This document shows positions 1 through 6,983 of a stretch of DNA of 64,000 nucleotides, one piece after another (positions within the stretch are counted from its first letter, which is position 1; each line of letters starts with the position of its first letter). The position numbers were made by a program, and so were the translations under genes. The notes below the pieces were generated by a model, which saw only the letters and a list, made by a program, of their open reading frames with translations, ran no database searches and was not told the origin of the DNA. Origin of the DNA: an uncultured Rickettsiales bacterium (GTDB lineage Bacteria > Pseudomonadota > Alphaproteobacteria > Rs-D84); contig URSG01000003.1 of NCBI GenBank assembly GCA_900550565.1, positions 287-64,286 on the forward strand. Reading direction: 5' to 3'.

Positions 1-129
1 TGCCACAGAAATGATTTCTTTGCCGGCCCGGTTTGTGATGTTATACACATCTGTTCCATAGTGGGCTGTATGCACAACGTTGCTGGATTTGATTACTGCA
101 ACGATTTCGTTTTCTAAAATTTTATTCAT
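1..129 (-). CDS. hypothetical protein, N-terminal 43 codons only (continues past window start)
   Basis: ATG at 129-127 with AAGGA 7 nt upstream. Open to the window edge (MNKILENEIVAVIKSSNVVHTAHYGTDVYNITNRAGKEIISVA). No family recognised. Confidence 0.35.
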   Translation of the reverse strand, partial: MNKILENEIVAVIKSSNVVHTAHYGTDVYNITNRAGKEIISVA

Positions 130-278
130 AGTGTATCCTTTTTTTTTGCCTTGAATATAACACGTAAATTTGTTTTGTCAAGTATTTGTGCGCTGATATT
201 TTATATGTGTGCTTGAATTTTCAAATTATTCTGATACGATTTACAAGATAGTTTAAAAATAACCAAGAAGCACATAAA

Positions 279-2690
279 ATGAACATAGAACTGGGGAAAA
301 ACATAAACGCGCGTGAAATTGAAACAAAAATCCAGGAATTTTGGGATAAAAATCATTTCTGGAACAATGATGTAAAATCGGACAAGCCGGCATTTTGCAT
401 TATGATGCCGCCACCAAATGTGACGGGCAACCTGCATATGGGGCATGCGCTGGATAACATTTTGACTGATATTGTTTGCCGTTATAAACGTATGTGCGGT
501 TATGATGTTTTGTGGCAGCCGGGAACCGACCACGCGTCAATCGCGACCCAGTTATTGGTGGAACGTGATTTGTCCAAGCGTGGAATCAATCCACGCACAA
601 AAACCAAGCAAGAATTGCTGGACATCGCCTGGGCGTGGAAGGCGGACAAGGGCGGTCAGATTATGAAACAGTTGCACATATTGGGCGTGACGCCGGTGTG
701 GGCGCGTGAACGCTTTACAATGGACGCTGGGCTGTCTGCGGCGGTAAATAAATTATTTGTTCAAATGTATAACCAGGGGCTGATTTATCGTGCGCGTCGC
801 CTGGTCAACTGGTGCCCAAAGCAACAGACGTCTATTTCTGATTTAGAGGTAGAAGTTCGCGAAGAACACGGTAAATTCTATTATTTCAAATATCCGTTGC
901 GCGATGGTGGATTTATTGAAATTGCGACAACACGTCCCGAAACGCTGTTCGGCGACCAGGCGATTGCAATTCACCCAGATAATGAAAAATTAAAGCACTT
1001 GATTGGCAAGACGGCGATTATTCCGCTGACGAATATTGAAATTCCAGTTATTGCCGATGTGCACGCCGACCCGGACAAGGGAACTGGTGCGGTGAAAATC
1101 ACACCTGCGCACGACAAAGATGACTGGGCGGTTGGCCAGCGTCATAATTTGCCAGTTGTATGTGTTTTGACCAATGACGCTAAAATGGCAGACATTGATG
1201 TCGTGCCAGAAAAATATCGTGGTATGGACCGCTTTGCCGCGCGCGCCGAAATCATCAAAGATTTAGACGCCGCCGGATTGATGATAAAAATTGACGACAA
1301 GATTATTCCGACGCCATATTCTGAACGCGGTAATGTTGTGATTGAATATATGGTTCGTGACGAGTGGTTTGTTGACGCCAAGAAATTGGCCGCGCCGGCA
1401 ATTCGTGCCGTAGAAGAGGGCAAGGTTAAATTTATGCCTGAACATCGTTATAACCTGTTTATGGCGTGGATGCGCGATATTCACGAATGGTCTATTTCGC
1501 GTCAACTGTGGTGGGGACACCAGATTCCGGCCTGGTATGACGCAGACGGTAATATCTATGTTGCCGAAACCGAGGCAGACGCCATCGCACAATCAGGTGG
1601 ACGTGAATTGACGCGTGACACATCGTGTTTGGATACGTGGTTCTCGTCCGGGCTGTGGCCGTTTTCTACGCTGGGGTGGCCGGAACAGACGCCAGAACTG
1701 AAAAAATATTATCCAACAGATTTGTTATACACGGCCGCAGATATTATATTCTTTTGGGTTGCGCGTATGCTGATGATGGGGATTTACGTGATGGGCGATG
1801 TTCCGTTCCACACGGTGAATTTCCACGGCCTGGTTCGCGATGCCAAGGGACAGAAAATGTCCAAGACCAAGGGCAACGGCACAGACCCATTGGCGGCTGT
1901 TGAAAAGTTTGGTGTTGACGCGTTGCGCTATTGGGTTGCAACGGCACCTATTGGAACAGACATCAGATACAGTGATGACGAGGTTAAGCGTGGGTCTAAA
2001 TTACTGACCAAGTTGTGGAACGCGTCAAAATACACATTGATGAATCTGACGGATTTTGACCCAAAAACGGCGACGCCGGTGGCGGTCAAAGACCGTTATA
2101 TAGAAGACCGCTGGGTTTTGGCGGAATTGAACAAAACAATCGCAGATGTCCGTCGCAATTTGGATAAATACGACAACTATAATTCACGCAGTGCGATTGA
2201 CGCGTTCTTTTACGATGTGTTCTGTGACCAGTATTTGGAATTCATCAAGGATCGTTTCTGGTCGCCGGAAAAATATGACGCAAATTCTAAATTGTCGGCC
2301 CAGTGGACATTGTTCCAGGTCTTGCGTGCGATTATCGGATTGTATGCGCCGTTTATCCCGTTCCTGACCGAAGAATTGTGGCAGAAAATCTATCAAGATT
2401 ACGAAGGGGGCGAAACCCTGCACCTGACGGCGTATCCAGCGGTGGACGATGCGCGCGATACCGATGTTCGTGATATGCAAATTGCGCTGGATATATTGCG
2501 GACGGTTCGCGGTCTGCGCACAGAACGCAAGGTTGGCAATGGCGCAAAACTGGAAACACTGACGATTCCGGCGACGACGCCTGTGGCGTTGCACGGGGTG
2601 ATAAAGTCTGCGGCGCGTGCAAATCAAATCGTGTTGGGCGATGATGTTGATTTTGTCGTTGCGCCCCAGTGTAATACCACCCAAGGATAA
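279..2690 (+). CDS. valS: valyl-tRNA synthetase
   Basis: 803 aa. Class I HIGH motif (PPPNVTGNLHMGHA), KMSKS motif (KMSKTKGN) and ValRS-type WQPGTDHASIATQ. Short C-terminus with no long coiled-coil tail. Confidence 0.95.
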   Translation: MNIELGKNINAREIETKIQEFWDKNHFWNNDVKSDKPAFCIMMPPPNVTGNLHMGHALDNILTDIVCRYKRMCGYDVLWQPGTDHASIATQLLVERDLSKRGINPRTKTKQELLDIAWAWKADKGGQIMKQLHILGVTPVWARERFTMDAGLSAAVNKLFVQMYNQGLIYRARRLVNWCPKQQTSISDLEVEVREEHGKFYYFKYPLRDGGFIEIATTRPETLFGDQAIAIHPDNEKLKHLIGKTAIIPLTNIEIPVIADVHADPDKGTGAVKITPAHDKDDWAVGQRHNLPVVCVLTNDAKMADIDVVPEKYRGMDRFAARAEIIKDLDAAGLMIKIDDKIIPTPYSERGNVVIEYMVRDEWFVDAKKLAAPAIRAVEEGKVKFMPEHRYNLFMAWMRDIHEWSISRQLWWGHQIPAWYDADGNIYVAETEADAIAQSGGRELTRDTSCLDTWFSSGLWPFSTLGWPEQTPELKKYYPTDLLYTAADIIFFWVARMLMMGIYVMGDVPFHTVNFHGLVRDAKGQKMSKTKGNGTDPLAAVEKFGVDALRYWVATAPIGTDIRYSDDEVKRGSKLLTKLWNASKYTLMNLTDFDPKTATPVAVKDRYIEDRWVLAELNKTIADVRRNLDKYDNYNSRSAIDAFFYDVFCDQYLEFIKDRFWSPEKYDANSKLSAQWTLFQVLRAIIGLYAPFIPFLTEELWQKIYQDYEGGETLHLTAYPAVDDARDTDVRDMQIALDILRTVRGLRTERKVGNGAKLETLTIPATTPVALHGVIKSAARANQIVLGDDVDFVVAPQCNTTQG

Positions 2691-2695
2691 TAGTT

Positions 2696-3421
2696 ATGGT
2701 TGACAAGTTTGTTTCACGGCGTGTATTGCAAGCGTATCAGTGTGACCGGTATGGATATGTCCGGCCACTGATTTTAATGAACGAATTGCAAAGTTGTGCA
2801 GACAGCCACGCTGAACAGTTGGGGTGTGGTCGCACGTTCTTGACCGAACAGAATATGGCGTGGGTGGTGACGCATTACCTGGTTGATATTATGGAATTGC
2901 CACGCGAAGGCGAAGAATTGACGATTACAACGTGGCCATCTGTCAAAGAATTATTGCGTGCCACACGTGATTTTGAAATTCGTGGCGCAGACGGTCGTCT
3001 GATGGTGCGTGCAACGTCCCAGTGGGTTTTAATTGATATGACGGCGCGTCGCCCGGTGCGATTGGACGATGCAGTTCCTAAATTGGTTGAAAATGGGGCG
3101 CGTGCCTGGGACCGTATATTTTGCAAGTTCCCAGATTTCGTTCCTGAAAAAACACACGTGTTCAAATGTCGGTTTGACGATATTGATGTGAATCAGCATA
3201 TAAATAACGCGGTCTATGCGGTCTGGGCAACGGAAAGTGTTGGATACGCATTTCGCAATGCGCACAAATTGCGTTGTATTGAATTGAATTTCAAAAAAGA
3301 AATCAACCCAGACACGCCCCAGGTTGAAATTGACGTTGCGATTGACGGCGACGTTTCGCGTCATCGTATTCGCACAGGCGACACAGAACACGCGTCGGTT
3401 GTATGCACCTGGTCAGAATAA
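2696..3421 (+). CDS. acyl-ACP thioesterase family protein
   Basis: 241 aa double hot-dog layout with the characteristic DIDVNQHINNAVY motif. AAGGA RBS upstream. Confidence 0.8.
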   Translation: MVDKFVSRRVLQAYQCDRYGYVRPLILMNELQSCADSHAEQLGCGRTFLTEQNMAWVVTHYLVDIMELPREGEELTITTWPSVKELLRATRDFEIRGADGRLMVRATSQWVLIDMTARRPVRLDDAVPKLVENGARAWDRIFCKFPDFVPEKTHVFKCRFDDIDVNQHINNAVYAVWATESVGYAFRNAHKLRCIELNFKKEINPDTPQVEIDVAIDGDVSRHRIRTGDTEHASVVCTWSE

Positions 3422-3448
3422 AAAACCGCCCCACCGGGCGGTTTTTTT
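3421..3448 (+). terminator. rho-independent terminator after the thioesterase gene
   Basis: Stem CCGCCC/GGGCGG followed by T7, beginning at the stop codon. Confidence 0.7.
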
Positions 3449-3589
3449 AGTGACAAAGTGAGAAAGTGACAAAGTGAGAGAGTGATAAAGTGACAAAGTG
3501 ACAGAGTGAGAAAGTGACAAAGTTTTTTATTCTAAAACTAAATCACTATATCACTGTATCACTTCATCACTGTATCACTTCCTCACTAT
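3449..3589. repeat. inverted arrays of tandem 8-nt units: 9 x AGTGAnAr (3449-3520), 21-nt spacer, 6 x nTCACTnn (3542-3589)
   Basis: Read directly: agtgacaa agtgagaa agtgacaa agtgagag agtgataa agtgacaa agtgacag agtgagaa agtgacaa ... atcactat atcactgt atcacttc atcactgt atcacttc ctcactat. Sits between two convergent terminators. Confidence 0.9.
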
Positions 3590-3615
3590 AAAACCGCCCC
3601 TGGGGGCGGTTTTTT
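3590..3615 (-). terminator. rho-independent terminator for the 3614..6182 operon
   Basis: Stem CCGCCCC/GGGGCGG flanked by an A-run and a T-run. Overlaps the stop codon of the minus-strand gene. Confidence 0.7.
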
Positions 3616-4372
3616 ATTTGTCTTTATCGTCTGGTTTGTTTTTATTATTTAACGCCTCGGTGCGTTGAATTACGGCAATGTTTAACGCGTATGCACAGTT
3701 GTTCACAGCGTCGCGTCTTGCCGTCAGATTTACGCATTGTGCCGGTTTCGTAATTTTTCCCGTTTTGGTGTCAGTTTCCGCGGCGCCGAACGAAACGGCA
3801 AAAACCAAATCCTTGTCCAGTTGGCGTTTTGCTTCGCCAATTTGATTTGATGACACCGCGTTCAAGACCAGGCGAATATTATTCTGGATACATTCCAGAC
3901 CGGTCTGGGTGCTGGTTTTCAACATACAATTTTCCGCGCCAGACAATATAATATTTCGGTCACTGGATTTAAACGCCCCCCCAGATGACGATGTGCTTTC
4001 TTCTTCGTCGCTGGCACCGGCGGCTTTAAGTTTTGTGGTCAAAACGGCCTTTTCCAGTTGGGTTTTAAAACGGCGAAGTGTTGCGTCCAGATAGTCGTAT
4101 TGTTTTTTCATCTGTTGCGTCATAACCGTCGTTTTTAACGCGACGGTGTCACGCATCAGTTGTTTGTCGGCCTCGTCATCAGGGTTTTTTGTGCTGCCGA
4201 TATTATACGCGTGCGTGCTGCACAGGGCCAATTCAGCGACAATGCGGTCATTCTTTTCGTCGTCGCAACCATCAGATGCGGCAAATGCCGGCAAAATAAG
4301 CGCAGTGACAATGGCCGTCACGCCCAGAAAACTTTTTATACCGTCAAAGATGTTTTTATTTAGTTTTTCCAT
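3614..4372 (-). CDS. secreted hypothetical protein (signal peptide, coiled-coil, 6 Cys)
   Basis: 252 aa. N-terminal signal peptide ending PAFA/AS. Start overlaps the stop of the upstream 608-aa gene by 17 nt, implying one operon. Confidence 0.7.
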   Translation of the reverse strand: MEKLNKNIFDGIKSFLGVTAIVTALILPAFAASDGCDDEKNDRIVAELALCSTHAYNIGSTKNPDDEADKQLMRDTVALKTTVMTQQMKKQYDYLDATLRRFKTQLEKAVLTTKLKAAGASDEEESTSSSGGAFKSSDRNIILSGAENCMLKTSTQTGLECIQNNIRLVLNAVSSNQIGEAKRQLDKDLVFAVSFGAAETDTKTGKITKPAQCVNLTARRDAVNNCAYALNIAVIQRTEALNNKNKPDDKDK

Positions 4373-6182
4373 TTAAGAAAGTTTTTGTTTCTACTGGTTC
4401 CAGAGATGGAACAAAATTAAACTTGCACCCCGTCTTTTCGTTAAACTCTTGACCCAAGCACTGACATTTACCAGGCCAATACCAGGTGCCACCGGTGGTT
4501 TGGCATAATTTGCATTTTTCTGAACCATTACAATTAAGTGTCAGCCACGCATTAGAAAAATCAGATGCTTTTATAATAGCGTCAATTTCTGTGGTTTCAC
4601 CAGATGTGACCCCAGGGTTTTCGTTCCATTTGGCCAATAAATCGGCGTCTGTGGTGCATATTTTAGATGGTAATTTTTTCAGATTGGCCGATTTTTGCAG
4701 GTCAACCAACGTGTCTGCGTTCACGGCGCAATATTTTACCCCGTCTGGGTCTGGTTTTGTATTGCTGCGCAGACGGCTGGAACCATACACAGATGGCGCG
4801 TCCTGTTCAATAATGCGTTGCAGTGTTTCAATATCAATAGATGCCTGTTTTTTGCGGTTGCGGAACAGGGCAGACGTGTCCAATGCCTCGGACGCACAGC
4901 CAATGCGAACCTGGGCGTTTTCAAAACCTTCGTCTGGATACAGCCAGTTATACTGAACCTCGTCATTGCTGGTCAACATTTGAATCAGTTGGCAACCACC
5001 ATCAGACATCGGAACAACCTGGCCGACCTTGCATTTTGCGCCACCGCGGACAGTTGCCTTAGCCTCGCTTTCGGGTGTTGAAATGCCGTTTATGCAATTC
5101 TTGTTGGTATAGTGCATAACCTGGTCTTGGGTGCACAGGTATTTTGCCCACGCGTTGCATGTTCCGTTCAACATCATATAAATATCGGTAATGTCAACGC
5201 CAACCGATTGCGCCATTATCAATGCGTCATACAATTCGTCCAGCACGGCGTTATATGGTTCAAAGAAATTCATTGCGCGCTGTTTAAACGTCTTGACCCG
5301 CTTTGGCCCGGCGCAATTATTACCAGACGTGTCGCAACCGGCGTATTCAAACGTGTCGTTCATTGCGGCCTTTAACGCCTTTAACTGGGTCTGGGCGTTT
5401 TCAATCTTGGACATAATTTGCCCGGTTATTTGGTCGCGTGCCAATAAATCCGCAGATAAACCGGATTTCGCGGCGATTTTTTGTGCCGTGGTCAGGCCAT
5501 CTGTAATTGTTTGTGAATCTGTGTCAGTGGCGTCGTCATCGGTCGCAGGCGTAGATGTCGGCGTGTCATTTGTTGTGACCGGGTCAGGTGCTGCGTCTGC
5601 ACCTGCTGCCTTGGTGGCTGTCATCTCTTGCTGTTTGGCCAATGCATCGCGCAATGTGTTTGCCGTTTCGGCGTTTTGACGTTCCATAGATGCCTGCATT
5701 TCCTGCATTTGTGCCTGCATCTGTTCAAGTTGTTCGTTGGTTTGCTGGGCTGCTGCCTGGGCCGCGGCAGTTTGGGCGGCGGCCGCCTGGGCATTGGCGC
5801 GCGCAGTTGATGACGCGACCAGTTGCGCCGAAATATATTCAACCAATTCGTCGCCATACTGTTTACACGTGGCGTTTGATTGCACACAGCCCGATACAAT
5901 CGGATTTGCGATTTCCATTGTGGTGCAACCACCCGATGCACACTTTGGCTGGGCGCAACGTAAAATCAGCGCATTACAGTTGCCGAAATCAGCGCGCGGC
6001 GCAGACGTGTTTGCCTGGCCCCGTGTGTTCATCATAGTGTTCCAGGTGTTATTATTCATCGCGCCCGATGCGCCGTTGAACGCGGTCAGATTACTGCCAG
6101 CGGTTGTTGCAACGGCGGCCGTCGCCGGGGTCACAGACACCAGCGTCAACGCCACAACCAAAAATTTTGATATGGATTTCAT
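4356..6182 (-). CDS. large secreted Cys-rich coiled-coil protein, unknown family
   Basis: 608 aa. Signal peptide (SVTPATA/AV), Cys cluster (CNALILRCAQPKCASGGC), Ala/Gln-rich coiled coil, and a C-terminal CKLCQTTGGTWYWPGKC motif. Confidence 0.75.
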   Translation of the reverse strand: MKSISKFLVVALTLVSVTPATAAVATTAGSNLTAFNGASGAMNNNTWNTMMNTRGQANTSAPRADFGNCNALILRCAQPKCASGGCTTMEIANPIVSGCVQSNATCKQYGDELVEYISAQLVASSTARANAQAAAAQTAAAQAAAQQTNEQLEQMQAQMQEMQASMERQNAETANTLRDALAKQQEMTATKAAGADAAPDPVTTNDTPTSTPATDDDATDTDSQTITDGLTTAQKIAAKSGLSADLLARDQITGQIMSKIENAQTQLKALKAAMNDTFEYAGCDTSGNNCAGPKRVKTFKQRAMNFFEPYNAVLDELYDALIMAQSVGVDITDIYMMLNGTCNAWAKYLCTQDQVMHYTNKNCINGISTPESEAKATVRGGAKCKVGQVVPMSDGGCQLIQMLTSNDEVQYNWLYPDEGFENAQVRIGCASEALDTSALFRNRKKQASIDIETLQRIIEQDAPSVYGSSRLRSNTKPDPDGVKYCAVNADTLVDLQKSANLKKLPSKICTTDADLLAKWNENPGVTSGETTEIDAIIKASDFSNAWLTLNCNGSEKCKLCQTTGGTWYWPGKCQCLGQEFNEKTGCKFNFVPSLEPVETKTFLNGKTK

Positions 6183-6200
6183 ATTCTCTCTGTTGCGATA

Positions 6201-6229
6201 ATTCTATCACAAAACCACACGCACTGCAA
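6201..6229 (-). promoter_or_regulatory. candidate sigma70 promoter for the 6182..3614 operon
   Basis: On the minus strand: TTGCAG, 17 nt, TAGAAT, about 20 nt upstream of the ATG at 6182. Confidence 0.45.
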
Positions 6230-6263
6230 AATAAAAATACCCGTTTTGGGTATTTTCAGATAT

Positions 6264-6289
6264 AAAAAAACCGCCAATCGGCGGAATTT
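6264..6289 (-). terminator. rho-independent terminator after rpmH
   Basis: Stem CCGCC/GGCGG followed by T7 on the minus strand, immediately after the rpmH stop. Confidence 0.7.
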
Positions 6290-6442
6290 TTAATTAGCGG
6301 CAGTCACGGCCAAGCGTTTGCGCCCCGCCGCGCGACGACGATTCAATACATCGCGACCGCCCTTGGTTGCCATTCTTTCACGAAAGCCGTGCGTGCGCAC
6401 GCGACGTGTTTTTGACGGTTGATAAGTTCTTTTAGTTGCCAT
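6290..6442 (-). CDS. rpmH: 50S ribosomal protein L34
   Basis: Not in the ORF track (50 aa). Hand translation is [50 protein letters not shown], a clear L34 signature. Confidence 0.9.
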   Translation of the reverse strand: MATKRTYQPSKTRRVRTHGFRERMATKGGRDVLNRRRAAGRKRLAVTAAN

Positions 6443-6498
6443 AATTAAATCCTTTTGCGCGTCTATTTAACCACAGGTTTTTATAAAACGCAACCTTT

Positions 6499-6594
6499 TT
6501 ATTTAGATTTTACCAATCCCAGTTTTTTCAGCCCTTCTAGCATCAGGTAATAACTGAACAATAATGCGAATAACCGCCAAAATGGTAAAAACAT
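6499..6594 (-). CDS. possible 31-aa hydrophobic micro-protein
   Basis: ATG 10 nt after the stop of the 86-aa gene. Translation is MFLPFWRLFALLFSYYLMLEGLKKLGLVKSK. The only support is position and hydrophobicity. Confidence 0.2.
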   Translation of the reverse strand: MFLPFWRLFALLFSYYLMLEGLKKLGLVKSK

Positions 6595-6603
6595 CGTTTT
6601 GTC

Positions 6604-6864
6604 CTATTTTGTTTTCTGAAATTTATCGCAGGCGCACTTTTTAATATTTTGCATTTTAATGCGAGCCGCGGCAGCGGCGCGCAATGCACGCAATATCAGT
6701 TTCGTGTTTGCACGAATCAGGCGAACCTGGAATTTGGTAAAGCTGTCGGTCTGGCCATAGGTGTCCAACACTTGGTCATAGGTTTTCAACAGTTGGTCAT
6801 AGGTGTCCAACAGTTTGTTCATTTCGTCCTGGGCATCAATAAAAGTTTTTTCTTGTTTCATCAT
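6604..6864 (-). CDS. small coiled-coil protein with heptad (D/K)TYDQ(L/V)L repeats
   Basis: 86 aa. Contains 3 x 21-nt tandem DNA repeats at 6757..6819. A strong promoter lies directly upstream. Confidence 0.5.
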   Translation of the reverse strand: MMKQEKTFIDAQDEMNKLLDTYDQLLKTYDQVLDTYGQTDSFTKFQVRLIRANTKLILRALRAAAAARIKMQNIKKCACDKFQKTK

Positions 6865-6874
6865 AGTAAGGACT

Positions 6875-6902
6875 ATTCTATTACGAAAAAAACTTTTGTC
6901 AA
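6875..6902 (-). promoter_or_regulatory. candidate sigma70 promoter (TTGACA-16-TAGAAT)
   Basis: Minus-strand TTGACA and TAGAAT. The -10 element ends 10 nt before the ATG at 6864, so the leader would be very short. Confidence 0.5.
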
Positions 6903-6983
6903 TCTTTTTTTTGTCGTTATGTCTTGACCCTTGGGCTAAAAATTTGCTATTGTTGCAGTGTCAAATATAGGGGAAAGCAAAGT

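Noticed and set aside
3449-3589. Considered a CRISPR array or a coding repeat for the octamer arrays (also 57973..58084).
   Set aside because: The units are only 8 nt with no spacers, the two arms are inverted copies of each other, and no ORF of any length spans them. They lie between two terminators.
6924-6983. ORF-track N-terminal extensions at gyrA 6924, M23 10982, HAD 18141, rmuC 20058, comEC 24278, secE 38922, nusG 39094, rplK 39804, rpoB 42190, rpoC 46405, the 111-aa gene 53132, the MerC-like gene 58557 and pepO 60952.
   Set aside because: In each case an internal ATG has a proper RBS, or a promoter at leaderless distance, and matches the conserved family N-terminus. The extension also overlaps a terminator, promoter or tRNA.
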